Positions 10,416 through 20,928 are shown, numbered from the stretch's first letter. The stretch is DNA of 64,000 nt from an uncultured Nitrososphaerales archaeon (GCA_963713605.1 CAVQMO010000001.1:1056001-1120000), one strand, 5' to 3'. The notes: generated by a model not told the origin, from the letters alone. Translations and numbers: made by a program.

Positions 10416-10586
10416 TTGGGTAGTCGCAGAAAATCAAGAAATAAGCCAATAAGGAAGACCAGGACCGTGGAGGGAAGATGTCCTAAATGTACGACGATCG
10501 TAAGGTTTAATGTAAGTGGCCAAGTAGGTGATGAAATTTATGAATGCACCGGCTGTATGTCAAAGTTTCATATTGACACTCTCTAG
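10416..10586 (+). CDS. Small basic zinc-ribbon protein (56 aa), absent from ORF track
   Basis: MGSRRKSRNKPIRKTRTVEGRCPKC...YECTGCMSKFHIDTL*. Confidence 0.75.
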   Translation: MGSRRKSRNKPIRKTRTVEGRCPKCTTIVRFNVSGQVGDEIYECTGCMSKFHIDTL

Positions 10587-10725
10587 TGCTCGACTACTAA
10601 TCTCGGATTAGTGCCAGATCGATCTGCTTGGTTGACGATAGATCCAAGATAAATTTCGCAATGATGAATGCTTCGTAACGATCAAAAAGGCATATAGGAT
10701 AAAAGGCTTCATATGAGTTCAATGG

Positions 10726-10986
10726 ATGGGAAATTGCAATACGACGGAAAAGTGTATCTTTATAGCGAGCGGAATGCCTGATGACCTGATTATGAGAAGT
10801 AAATTGAAATTGGTAGAGATTGGGGTTTCTGATGAGGATATTCTGGTTATTACTGTGCCTGAGGGAGTGCCAGAGGGTTCAATCATGGTTACAATCTGGC
10901 CGCACTATCTATCAATTGCAAAGGTGAGGAAGGTGAGAGAGGGGTCAATTTACGCTCCTCAACTTTTCAATATCGATCTCTTATGA
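10726..10986 (+). CDS. Hypothetical protein
   Basis: ORF track; globular composition; no competing long ORF. Confidence 0.55.
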   Translation: MGNCNTTEKCIFIASGMPDDLIMRSKLKLVEIGVSDEDILVITVPEGVPEGSIMVTIWPHYLSIAKVRKVREGSIYAPQLFNIDLL

Positions 10987-11028
10987 TTATGATGGATAAA
11001 AGGACATATCTGGGAATAGATAAACGAG

Positions 11029-11178
11029 TTGAACCTTCTCACATATTTTTGTAAGAAAGGAAGACACTCTGATTGTCCGGGGGAATGGCCTGTAAGGGAA
11101 CCGTGTGTTAGGATTGATGATTGTTCATTCGATGTGATTATTAAAGGATGTGAATGTGAGTGCCATCTTTCCCGATAA
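11029..11178 (+). CDS. Cys/His-rich microprotein (49 aa, 7 Cys), absent from ORF track
   Basis: MNLLTYFCKKGRHSDCPGEWPVREPCVRIDDCSFDVIIKGCECECHLSR*. Confidence 0.65.
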   Translation: MNLLTYFCKKGRHSDCPGEWPVREPCVRIDDCSFDVIIKGCECECHLSR

Positions 11179-11292
11179 AATACCGACTTCAAACGTATCT
11201 GAATTTCGAATTCGAAGTACTGTAAATGATTCGGGGTCAGGAAGAGTTAAGAAGTATACAATCACCCATTATTTCAGTCAGCCACCACTTCA

Positions 11293-11853
11293 TCATACCC
11301 CTTCAAGATTGAATCCTATTCTCCTCATTAAATGTTTAGCTATCTCTTGTATTCGATTCGCGACTCTCACTACTACTATTCCCTCTGAAGGTTGTCCGTA
11401 GAGAATTCTCGAATCTGTTGGCGCGTACGCGATTAAAGGGAGTGCAATCAAGTCCTCTTCACCAACTACCCTTACGAAGACTGGGGTATGACTCATCAGT
11501 GCACGAAATAGAATTTTAATAGCCTCTAAAGATATTGATCCTGATTGATTTGTGCATGAAAGTTCGACTAGCCCAGCACCTGAAAGAGCGACGATCATAG
11601 ATTTCAGTTTTGAGACGCTTGTCGTGGAGGCTAACCTCTTTTCAAAACCATCAACAACGCTCACATCGGGGACAATATTGAAACTGATAACTGTTGCCGT
11701 GGTCGTATCTCCAACAGTGATAAACTTTCGGGTTTCCTTACGCAGCTCAATTATTTTTTGCTTTTCAACCTGATCGTATCTAATCACTTGCCCCAGTGGC
11801 TTTCTTAGAAGTTCAATGATTTCCTTTTGAACAGGCTTCACATCGTGACTCAT
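11293..11853 (-). CDS. GTP-dependent dephospho-CoA kinase (DUF359)
   Basis: LRKPLG, ITVGD, VVDG..KR, V.GEEDL.ALP, YGQP.EG.VV. Confidence 0.88.
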   Translation of the reverse strand: MSHDVKPVQKEIIELLRKPLGQVIRYDQVEKQKIIELRKETRKFITVGDTTTATVISFNIVPDVSVVDGFEKRLASTTSVSKLKSMIVALSGAGLVELSCTNQSGSISLEAIKILFRALMSHTPVFVRVVGEEDLIALPLIAYAPTDSRILYGQPSEGIVVVRVANRIQEIAKHLMRRIGFNLEGV

Positions 11854-12941
11854 TCCATTGGTGTGGTAGAGGCTTTTTCCGCAACTTCATTATCCTTAAC
11901 TGTCGCAGCGATGACGCTAATACGTCCCGCAACCAGCCTTGAAATTTTTCCAAAGGCTAAACTAGCCATCGAATCTGGTTCCACCAACGTCACCGGTCTA
12001 CCGAGGTCACTTCCTTCTCTTATAAGAGGATGCAAGGGGATTTCACCCAAGAAAGGTACATTAAACTTCTCGCTAATCTTCTGACCTCCACCTTTCCCAA
12101 AAGTGTAAGTATTTTCGCCACAGTGTGGACAGACAAGAAAACTCATGTTTTCAACTACTCCTAATATTGGAATGTTGAGTTTGTTAAACATCCCAACTGA
12201 TTTGATAGCGACATTCATTGCCACATCCTGCGGGGTGGTGACTATTAAGATACCAGTAATTGGAAGAGTTTGAGCCATCGTAAGAGGGGCATCACCTGTC
12301 CCTGGAGGCAGATCTATGAGAAGGTAATCCAATTCTCCCCATTCTACGTCGGTTATGAACTGCTTTATGATTCCTGAAACTATTGGTCCACGATAGATAC
12401 CTGCCTGCTGAGACTGTTCGTAAAAGAAGCCCATAGAAATAACTTTTACGTTGTTCGAAATGACAGGCTGTATTTTGTTGTTTACAATTGGTGGTGAACC
12501 TGTTATTCCTAACATTAGAGGAACGCTAGGGCCGTAAATGTCCGCGTCTAAAAGGCCAACGCTAGCGCCAGACTTGGCCAATGCCAATGCCAGATTTACT
12601 GCCACGGTTGTCTTTCCGACCCCTCCTTTTCCGCTGGCTATTGCAAAAATATTCTTGACCTTGGGGAGCAATTCATCCATTGAAATTGCTCTTCCTTCCA
12701 TAACTTTGGCCGTAACCCTGAGATCCAAATCATTTACTCCTATACTTTGCATGGAATTTCTCACGTCCTGTTCAATTTCACTATTGAAAGGACAGGCAGG
12801 GGTAGTTAACTCAAGAGTAAATGATACTTTTTTATCTTTAATACTTAGATCCTTAATCATACCCATAGATACGATATCCTTGTGTAATTCTGGATCCATA
12901 ATCTTCTTGAGGGACGACATTACTTGATCCACGTTAGTCAT
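11850..12941 (-). CDS. mrp: Mrp/NBP35 Fe-S cluster carrier ATPase with N-terminal DUF59
   Basis: DPEL..DIVSMG, LTTPACP, ASGKGGVGKTT, DLPPGTGD, ENMS...CPHC. Confidence 0.93.
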   Translation of the reverse strand: MTNVDQVMSSLKKIMDPELHKDIVSMGMIKDLSIKDKKVSFTLELTTPACPFNSEIEQDVRNSMQSIGVNDLDLRVTAKVMEGRAISMDELLPKVKNIFAIASGKGGVGKTTVAVNLALALAKSGASVGLLDADIYGPSVPLMLGITGSPPIVNNKIQPVISNNVKVISMGFFYEQSQQAGIYRGPIVSGIIKQFITDVEWGELDYLLIDLPPGTGDAPLTMAQTLPITGILIVTTPQDVAMNVAIKSVGMFNKLNIPILGVVENMSFLVCPHCGENTYTFGKGGGQKISEKFNVPFLGEIPLHPLIREGSDLGRPVTLVEPDSMASLAFGKISRLVAGRISVIAATVKDNEVAEKASTTPME

Positions 12942-13219
12942 ATGCTACCAGTAGTTTGAACTTCACAATATTTAAATTGTTAACAATTTTCATACTGGGC
13001 TTGACCATCAGTTGCGTTGAGAGGTCGAGCAAAGAGCGTCAGTTGTGAGGTCGATGAGATAACCATTGAAACCAACTATCAAATGAACGAGCCATTCTAA
13101 CCGGATTGGCTACAAATCAGGGACCGAAACAATCGTATTCATATCTAGGACAGATCAGCATATGATTATCTTATCCAAAGATTAATAAATTGATGTTCCG
13201 TCGCTATCAATTGTATATC

Positions 13220-13822
13220 ATGTTTGCGATCGTGCATATGAGCGACGTTATAAGAATACCTCCCGATCGATTAACCCCGTCTCTTAACAGAACTGCGATT
13301 GGAATTCTTAAAGAGAAATACGAGAGTATGATTAGCCCTGAGCTTGGGTATGTTATCATGATTATAGAGGCATCTACGAACCCCGTGGGTAAGCTCGTCG
13401 CAGGTGATGGAGCGACTTATCATAGAGTAACCTTTAAGGCCCTAACCTTCTTCCCAAGATTACAGGAAATAGTTGAAGGAGAGATAGTTGAAATAACTGA
13501 TTTTGGAGCATTCGTCAGAATAGGACCTACCGATGCCTTACTTCACTTGTCTCAGATAACAGACGACTTTCTTAAGAGTGATGTGAAGCAGGGGATAATT
13601 TTGGCAAACCAGTCTTCTAGGTCTATCAAAATTGGTTCTAGGTTAAGAGGAAGAATAACTGCTGTCAGTCTAGGTAAGGGAGCCGCCATGGGAAAGATAG
13701 GAATAACATGTAGGCAGCCGTTTTTGGGGGCCCTGGAATGGATTGAACAGGATGTCATTAAATCACAACAGACTCAGTCTACACTTCCAATAAAGGAAAA
13801 AAAGCGAGGCTCCAGTAAGTAA
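13220..13822 (+). CDS. rpoE1: DNA-directed RNA polymerase subunit Rpo7 (E')
   Basis: DVIRIPP, GDGATYHRV, S1 domain FGAFVRIGPTDALLHLSQI, TCRQPFLG..EWI. Confidence 0.95.
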   Translation: MFAIVHMSDVIRIPPDRLTPSLNRTAIGILKEKYESMISPELGYVIMIIEASTNPVGKLVAGDGATYHRVTFKALTFFPRLQEIVEGEIVEITDFGAFVRIGPTDALLHLSQITDDFLKSDVKQGIILANQSSRSIKIGSRLRGRITAVSLGKGAAMGKIGITCRQPFLGALEWIEQDVIKSQQTQSTLPIKEKKRGSSK

Positions 13823-14010
13823 TGCCTAGGGAACTTGCGTGTAAAAAATGTAAGGCGTTGACCATAGGAAAGGTTTGTCCTGTTTGTAATTCTACTGATT
13901 TGACGCCGCACTGGACAGGAATGATATTGGTATTTGATCCTTCCAATTCTCATGTGGCCACGACTCTTGATCTTCGTGTCCCTCACAAATATGCATTAAA
14001 AGCTTCATGA
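13822..14010 (+). CDS. spt4: Transcription elongation factor Spt4 (RpoE'')
   Basis: ACKKC...CPVC..W.G...DP.NS.VA..L...YALK; directly after rpo7. Confidence 0.92.
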   Translation: MPRELACKKCKALTIGKVCPVCNSTDLTPHWTGMILVFDPSNSHVATTLDLRVPHKYALKAS

Positions 14011-14904
14011 CCCCCCTTATAGGACCAGAGAACGTCAAGTCCTTATTTGAGTATCTACATAGACGAACTTCTATACTTTCGTATCTTGAAGAGGACATTG
14101 GTAGCGGTGATATCACAAGTGAACTACTAATACCAGCTGATTTCTATGCCGAAGCTGAGGTGTGGTGTAAGGGGACCGCAGAAGGCGTGGTGATTTGTGG
14201 CGTGGAGGAAGCATGTATGGCATTGGAAATTTGCGGCTGCTATACTACGAAACTAGTCGAAGATGGGGCAATTGCGACCGGCAATCGACAAGTAATCGCG
14301 GTGAAAGGGGATGCCAGGGCAATACTCAAAGCCGAACGAACTGCCTTAAACTTGTTAATGCGCATGAGCGGGGTAGCAACGGAGAGCAGAAAATACGACA
14401 TTCTATTAAGAAAGCTTGGTGTGGATACACTAGTCACAGCTACAAGAAAAACTTCTCCCGGGATGAGAATATTCGACAAGAAAGCCATAGCGATTGGTGG
14501 TGGAAATCCCCATCGAATGGGGCTGTACGACAAGATCCTCATTAAAGATAACCATATCGCAGTTGTGGGGAACGCTAGGGATTGCGTGAACAAAGCGAAG
14601 AAGCAAACAGAAAAGAACCAGAAAATAGAATGCGAAGTTAGTTCAGAAAAAGAACTCGTTTCCGTTGTTTTCAGCTGGTGCAGACATCGTAATGTTGGAC
14701 AACTTTTCTATGGAGAGTGCGAAGGCAGCTATGTCTATATTACATGAATTGGGCCTAAGAAATCGAGTACTTGTGGAGATTTCTGGAGGTATCAATGAGT
14801 CTAATTTCCAAGATTTTGCTCAGCTAAACCCAGATTTCATATCGGTAGGTTCAATAACGCATTCAACTAGAGCAGTCGATTTTAGTATGACTGTCAAATC
14901 TTAA
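14007..14904 (+). CDS. nadC: Nicotinate-nucleotide pyrophosphorylase (carboxylating), +1 frameshift in T-run ~14668
   Basis: EDIGSGDITS, AERTALN, TRKTSPG, LIKDNH, IECEV; second fragment GADIVMLDN, EISGGI, ISVGSITH. Confidence 0.92.
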
Positions 14905-14990
14905 AGTAGGCTGAAATAGTCTGTACGCATCCCTGTATACATAGCCATCCCTACATCTCATTCGGTCTGAGATAAGAAAGGCTATTCAGA

Positions 14991-15935
14991 TCACACCGCA
15001 AGCATCCTTTCAATTGCTAGTTTTGCTTTTGACCTCACTTTATCTGGGACGTTCACTACATGGACATTTTTAATGAGAGAGTGATACACCTTCTCGAGCG
15101 TGATCATCTTCATGTATTTGCATATAGCATCCTCTTTCAGCGGTATGAAGGTCTTGTCGGGGTTCTGATTTTTCATCCTATGAAGAATTCCGATTTCGGT
15201 TGCCACTATGAATTTCTTGGAATGTGATGTCGATGCATATTTGATCATCCCCTCTGTAGAGAGAACATGACAAGATTTGTTGATATCGCCTTCTCCATAA
15301 TGATAAAGCGCTGACGTGGTACAGCCACATTCAGGATGAATCAAAAGTTCGCCGTCGGCTTCTGCATCGAGATACCTGTTGATATCGCGAAACGTCATTC
15401 CGGCATGCACATGACATTCACCTGGCCAAATATGCATATTCTTCCTGCTAGTTTGCCTGGCCACATATGACCCTAGGAACATGTCGGGTAGGAAAAGTAT
15501 CTCCTTGTCGGCTGGAATGGAGTTTGTGATTTCTACCGCATTAGATGAGGTACAGCAATAATCAGACAAGGCCTTGATTTCTGCTGATGTGTTAACGTAA
15601 CTAACAACGACAGCCTCTGGATGTTTTGATTTCCACCTGATAAGTTCATCAGGATTAATAGCGGAAGCCAACGAGCATCCCGCCTGAGTATCCGGTATCA
15701 ATACTGTTTTTTCGGGGCACAGTATAGCCGCTGTCTCAGCCATGAAGTGGACCCCACAAAATACGATAATATCTGCATCTGTACCGGCAGCGGCTCTAGA
15801 GAGGGCCAGTGAATCACCAACAAAATCTGCAATGTCCTGGATTTCTGGGTTCTGGTAATTATGAGCCAGAATCACCGCATTCGACTCCTTCTTCAACTGT
15901 CTTATTTTTACATCATAATTTTCGATTTCTAACAT
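14991..15935 (-). CDS. nadA: Quinolinate synthase A
   Basis: ILAHNYQ, VGDSL, FCGVHFMAETA, YVNTSAE, HPECG, CKYMK; ATG 15935 preferred over 16013. Confidence 0.95.
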   Translation of the reverse strand: MLEIENYDVKIRQLKKESNAVILAHNYQNPEIQDIADFVGDSLALSRAAAGTDADIIVFCGVHFMAETAAILCPEKTVLIPDTQAGCSLASAINPDELIRWKSKHPEAVVVSYVNTSAEIKALSDYCCTSSNAVEITNSIPADKEILFLPDMFLGSYVARQTSRKNMHIWPGECHVHAGMTFRDINRYLDAEADGELLIHPECGCTTSALYHYGEGDINKSCHVLSTEGMIKYASTSHSKKFIVATEIGILHRMKNQNPDKTFIPLKEDAICKYMKMITLEKVYHSLIKNVHVVNVPDKVRSKAKLAIERMLAV

Positions 15936-16110
15936 TATTATAGTTTGAAAAGATTGAACGCCTACACAATTTAAAGCAGTACAATCCAGGATGGATTTGC
16001 AACCTTCTTCCAATCAGTGGGCAATAGTTGCCCCTTTAAGCTGCAAGTCATCAAAATAACAGGGAAATGACATTATATTTGCCTGACTCTAAAATTTAGT
16101 CTATTTAGAA

Positions 16111-16118
16111 TTTATATA
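16111..16118 (+). promoter_or_regulatory. TATA box of rps30e
   Basis: TTTATATA ending about 28 nt before ATG 16146. Confidence 0.55.
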
Positions 16119-16145
16119 TGTGTAATATGTATATACGCTAATTAG

Positions 16146-16325
16146 ATGCCAACTCATGGATCGTTAACCAAGGCTGGAAAGGTTAGAGGGCAAACCCCTA
16201 AGATTCAAGGAAAGATTAGAGATAGCCCTATTTCCAGGCTACGTAACAAGAATAATTATAGTAAGCGGTTCGAAAAAAGAAGGGCTCCTGGTCAAAGAAA
16301 ACCTGAAAGAGGGCCTAGACGTTAG
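16146..16325 (+). CDS. rps30e: 30S ribosomal protein S30e (59 aa), absent from ORF track
   Basis: [21 protein letters not shown]...[15 protein letters not shown]. Confidence 0.95.
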   Translation: MPTHGSLTKAGKVRGQTPKIQGKIRDSPISRLRNKNNYSKRFEKRRAPGQRKPERGPRR

Positions 16326-16371
16326 AGTGCTGCGGCGAATAATGCAGTATTGAATCGTTCCTGAAATACCA

Positions 16372-17211
16372 TTGAAAAAGGTCGGTATAATAGGCTTCGG
16401 AACGATAGGTTATCAAATAGCAAGATCAATTGATAGCGGCTTTTTATCACCCGCAGAGTTGAGCTTTATTGTTGATTCGTCCATCAGCAGATTGGAAGTT
16501 GCAAAGAAGTCCTTAACGAATGACAAACCACAGGTGTTTTCTGATCCAGATTTGCTTTTTCACTCTAAATCATATAAGAATACTCAAATTGTAGTAGAAT
16601 CGGCGAGTGGGGCTGCGGTCCGACAATACGCTAAGCACATCTTATCTGACGGAAAGTATCTTATCATTTTCAGTGTAGGCGAATTAGTTGATGAGACGTT
16701 CATGAAGGAACTTGAATCAGAGGCTGTAGAACACACTGGTGTTATACATATTCCGACTGGAGCAATTGCCGGTATAGATGCCATAAAATCAGTCCGGAAC
16801 AATTTAGATCAGGTTACAATTTCTACAACTAAGAATCCCAGATCGTTGGCTGGAGCTCCCTATTTTGATATCCAAGAGAATATACACTTTCAGGAACTCA
16901 CTAGTAGGACAGTATTGTATGAAGGAGATGTCCGTAGAGCAGTTGAGCTGTTCCCTTCGAATGTGAATGTCTTTGCTACCTTAGCCCTTGCAACGGGCAA
17001 CATTACCAAAATTAAGGTCAGGATAATTGCCGATCCGAACTTAAAAGTTAACCGGCACGAAATAGATGTCAAAGGAGAGTTTGGGATACTACAAATAATT
17101 GCAAGCAATATACCTCATCCAGAAAACCCGCGGACAAGTACGTTGGCCGTATTGTCTGCTATTGAAGCCGTAAGATCTGCATGCAATCAGACGGTTAAGA
17201 TTGGAGGTTAA
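16372..17211 (+). CDS. nadX: L-aspartate dehydrogenase
   Basis: GIIGFGTIG, VVESAS, PTGAIAGID, K.P.SL, FPSNVNV, NPRTS.LA..S; clustered with nadA/nadC. Confidence 0.9.
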   Translation: MKKVGIIGFGTIGYQIARSIDSGFLSPAELSFIVDSSISRLEVAKKSLTNDKPQVFSDPDLLFHSKSYKNTQIVVESASGAAVRQYAKHILSDGKYLIIFSVGELVDETFMKELESEAVEHTGVIHIPTGAIAGIDAIKSVRNNLDQVTISTTKNPRSLAGAPYFDIQENIHFQELTSRTVLYEGDVRRAVELFPSNVNVFATLALATGNITKIKVRIIADPNLKVNRHEIDVKGEFGILQIIASNIPHPENPRTSTLAVLSAIEAVRSACNQTVKIGG

Positions 17212-17272
17212 AATCTAACGGCTACCACGATTTATATAGGGTAAGAGTAAGTGTTGTAGCAAGGAATAAGGA

Positions 17273-17572
17273 ATGAGTTACGGTGGATTTAGAAGGAACG
17301 ATAGTTTCGGACCAAAACCAGTAGAAACAGGAAAGGAGTATGACGTACAGATTTCTGAAATAAGCAGAAAAGGTGACGGAATTGCTAGAGTCCAAGGATT
17401 TGTTATATTTGTTAAGGATGGGAAAGTTGGTCAGAACGCAAAGATAAGAGTAACACAAGTTGGGAATCGGTTTGCAACAGCAGAAATAGTGAATGGGGCC
17501 ACAGAACAGTCTGCCCCAACTCAAGAAATTTCAAGCGGGAACCAAGACCAAGCAACTGAGTCAGAAAATTAA
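17273..17572 (+). CDS. Single TRAM-domain RNA-binding protein
   Basis: PKPVETGKEYDVQISEISRKGDGIARVQGFVIFV; TTTATATA box at 17231. Confidence 0.9.
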   Translation: MSYGGFRRNDSFGPKPVETGKEYDVQISEISRKGDGIARVQGFVIFVKDGKVGQNAKIRVTQVGNRFATAEIVNGATEQSAPTQEISSGNQDQATESEN

Positions 17573-17678
17573 GTCGACGAACGTCATCTTAGGTATTTTT
17601 CACTACGGAAGATTGTATACCATGTATAATTCTCATAGACTTTTTTAGGATCTATAATTTTTTTCATCCATTCGTAGG

Positions 17679-19471
17679 TCAATTACCTAGACAAAATATC
17701 GTTTCATTCTCCAGCTGATTCTTCGATCTGTAGACCAACCCCGAAATGGAATCTCTCATCTCTTCTTCGTCCACCCCACCATTGTCAAAATTTCCAGGCA
17801 GAATTAGATATAGGCGAATCTTAGAACCCAGAACATCTGATAGCTCCTGATTCGCAGTAACAATGAATGGCCTCAGAGCACCTCGAAAAAGTTCGGCTCT
17901 CGCTTTGATTAGTCCTGAAATTTTGTCACCAATTGGCCAGTCTGGTCCTACTATTATCACGTTTCCTGCCGACTCTTTGAATCTGACAGGTTCTTCCAAT
18001 GCACCCTCAGGTGCAAGGATAGTAACCATATGTTTCGTCACTAAAGCTGGAATATGAATAAATCTGTTGATCAGTGACTCCCAATCATGTTTTGAAAGTT
18101 CGAGCAACGATTTTGTATAATCGGGTCGTCCAGTGAAGTGGATCAATCCACTGATTGGACCAAAACTGCTCTTAATTTGGTTCAAAGTGTCATGCAAATT
18201 CGCCTCGTCTGAGAGATTCGCTTGATATTGGGGGTATTCGGACAACCTTTCTATTTCTTGTGGGGCGACGATTATTATTTTATTCAGTCCATCATTTAAC
18301 ATAGTTTGGCAGAGAGCCTCAATTCTCGACAGGTCAAAGGAATCACTAGTGCTTGTGCTTATTAAAACAGTACCAAGGTTATTGTTGGAATCTGTTCGTC
18401 TGCACGACAGTAGAGATTGCTGGCTTGACGGTATAAAATACCCGATCGTTTGGTACGTACTCGACCGTTTAAAAGTCTACTTGTCTTGTCTGAGGACAAC
18501 ATCAAAACCATTTCAGCTACGTCTTCTTGAGACAGAAATTCGCCATCAACGATCATTTTTTTTGTATTCTCTTGAATTTTTTCGGCTATATTGTATAGCT
18601 TCTTGATAAGCTCTGAAATGTCGCGCTCTAGGTCATCTTGGTTAGAATTCATGCCAATTTTGGATTTTATTATTTCTTTGGCTATTTCTTTTCCTTTCGA
18701 CGCGATCTCAGACGGGCTACTACCCAGGTGAGGCAGAATTTTCGAGAGAATAAGTTCTATCACACTGGACTTCATGCCTTTGAATCCCCCTACCCTTAAG
18801 AACTCCGCAGCAGCCTTTGGATAAACAGTTTTATAGATTCTATCTGAATGGACTGGACCAGGATTAGTTGCAATAGATCTAATTCCTCGATGTGATAGTT
18901 CCCATGCTAGCGCTTCGGCGAGTCTGTTTTTGGCTCCTTGCGAAGCCGTATACGGAGTTCTGAATCTATATGGTCGCTGCTCAAATTTGCTTTCTTCGGT
19001 GAAAAAGGTACTGATTGTAATTATCTTGCCATTCTTAGATAAGAGATCAAGGCCATGCACCGAAGTAAAGAATGTACCTGTCAAGTGAATCGCTACGCAC
19101 TCCTTGAATTCTCCGTAGTCTGCATTAGTGAACACCTTAACGGGACCTGACACGCCAGCATTGTTTACAATAATATCCAGACCCCCCAAAGAGCTTTTTA
19201 TCGCGCTATACATTTTAGTTAGAGACTGCTCATCAGATACGTCAACTCCAGGAAATGAAGTTACCTTTGCCGAAGATCCGACAGACAGAATTGTCTTTAA
19301 TAGGATCTCTTTAGTTTCGTCTAATGGCTTCTGTCTTCGCCCCATGATAATAATGCTCGCGCCATTTTCAGCAAATTTCGTGGCTATTGCCTGACCTATT
19401 CCTGTCCCACTTCCAGTTATGAGAACGGTTTTGCTCTTAAAGGGCAAATTAGAGTTCACTTGACTGGTCAC
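17679..19471 (-). CDS. Two-domain SDR oxidoreductase resembling malonyl-CoA reductase SDR domains; two +1 frameshifts (~18456, ~18400)
   Basis: TGSGTGIG, NNAGVSGP, PYRFRTPYTASQ, NPGPVHSDRI; bridging peptide NGRVVPNDRVFYTVKP...TDSNNNLGTVLIS joins the two ORFs (~596 aa). Confidence 0.8.
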
Positions 19472-19720
19472 ATCAGTAGGGATTGGAAACTCATATTTAA
19501 ATCAATTTTATGCCGCGAAATTGCTAGCTTTATACTATCCAGTGATGACCTAGGACAGTAAGAAGGGAGACTAATATCGAGTCACTAATTCTTGGTATTA
19601 CGTATAGGTGCTACTCTCCGTGACCATTCATATAAAAGTAGAAGTGCATATGACAATATCTATTTCGCTTGTGTATCCACGATTGGTATCAAGGTTATTG
19701 ATCTTACAGCGAGTTATCTT

Positions 19721-20275
19721 TTACGCCCGCCACCAATCTATGCCTATAAAGTATACCTGTCTTTTCTTTAGCCTAGGACAAGCAAGGATGAACTGTTTCT
19801 TTACCGTAGTGGCCAATCTTCCACTCAGGACTATCGAAGTGGCAGTAATATTTGTTGCTGGAACGTATACTGTTATCAAAAACGGGGCATGATCAATCCC
19901 GGGTCCTCGCTCGTACACGGCAAAGTCGCAGCCAAACTTTATCCCGGGAGAGACAATATAACCTTTGCCTTTCAAGACCTTGAATACAAGGTACTTTGCA
20001 TCAAAGTTGTCATACTGCATTCTGCACATGGTTTTTATTCTCCTGACGGAAATCGTTTTTCCAAATTTCGAAATTATAGATAACTCTCCTCTTTCCGCAA
20101 GATAACAACCTTCGATTAGGTCAAGTACTATTGGGACATCAAAATCAATTCCTTTTGGCTTCGAGATCCCAATCGGCTTACCGTAATAGCCATTGCCAAA
20201 TAGTGTACGGGATTCTTCGATATTCCAAATAACTACCCTGTTTTCGATCAGATGTCCTAAAACTGGTTTATCCAT
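19721..20275 (-). CDS. endA: tRNA-splicing endonuclease, catalytic subunit
   Basis: GIKFGCDFAVY (Tyr), PGIDHA (His), GRLATTVKK (Lys); N-terminal GYYGKPIGISKPKG loop; ATG overlaps upstream stop. Confidence 0.93.
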   Translation of the reverse strand: MDKPVLGHLIENRVVIWNIEESRTLFGNGYYGKPIGISKPKGIDFDVPIVLDLIEGCYLAERGELSIISKFGKTISVRRIKTMCRMQYDNFDAKYLVFKVLKGKGYIVSPGIKFGCDFAVYERGPGIDHAPFLITVYVPATNITATSIVLSGRLATTVKKQFILACPRLKKRQVYFIGIDWWRA

Positions 20276-20928
20276 TACATACTCAAAGCTAGGATTGTTA
20301 AAGAATCCGATGCTTCCTGGCACTTGTCAGCCATACCTTCAATACCTTCAATTGCATCCTTCAAAAGGAGTAAGTCCTTGGTTACCGATATTTCATTCAT
20401 TGCTTTTATTATTAGACTCCTATGCCTATCATCTACCAATCTTTCCAACCTTTGAACTTCTTGAGCCAGTTCAATTGTACCTGATGGATTGATACTCAGG
20501 GCTCTTGCCATCTCATTTAGTTTAAATGTTGCATCAACAACCATACCGATTAACTCATTGATGTCTTCTGCAAACCTTCCAATCATGATAATGTCTACTT
20601 TCATATTCGCAAGTCTAAAGGCCACACCACTTATGTAACCAGCAATATCGTCCATTAGATATGCTGTCCGTAGTACGTCCTCTCTATAGACCATTAGACT
20701 TCCAATTTCTGCGACTTCTCTGGTCACACGCCTTCTTAGATTATCTACCTCTTCTTCTGCAATTCTCATTCTGTCCAATGTGGGCTGAACATCATGAGTT
20801 ACGCCGCGTGTGATACTTTTCCCTAAGGATGAAAGTTCTCTTGCAGAGTTCAAGATCTTCCCAATTTCATCGTGAAGTATAGCAAGGGTTTTCCGTTTGG
20901 CCTGAACTTCCAATTCCCCGCTATACAT
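20275..20928 (-). CDS. DUF47 / PhoU-like helical protein
   Basis: All-helical; EEEVDNLRR, REDVL...DDIA, LE..VDD, IE.MAD repeats. Confidence 0.8.
   Translation of the reverse strand: MYSGELEVQAKRKTLAILHDEIGKILNSARELSSLGKSITRGVTHDVQPTLDRMRIAEEEVDNLRRRVTREVAEIGSLMVYREDVLRTAYLMDDIAGYISGVAFRLANMKVDIIMIGRFAEDINELIGMVVDATFKLNEMARALSINPSGTIELAQEVQRLERLVDDRHRSLIIKAMNEISVTKDLLLLKDAIEGIEGMADKCQEASDSLTILALSM

Noticed and set aside
19541..19586. C/D box sRNA (GTGATGA with AGTGA/TCACT ends)
   Set aside because: No CTGA box D at the expected position and no recognisable C'/D' boxes.
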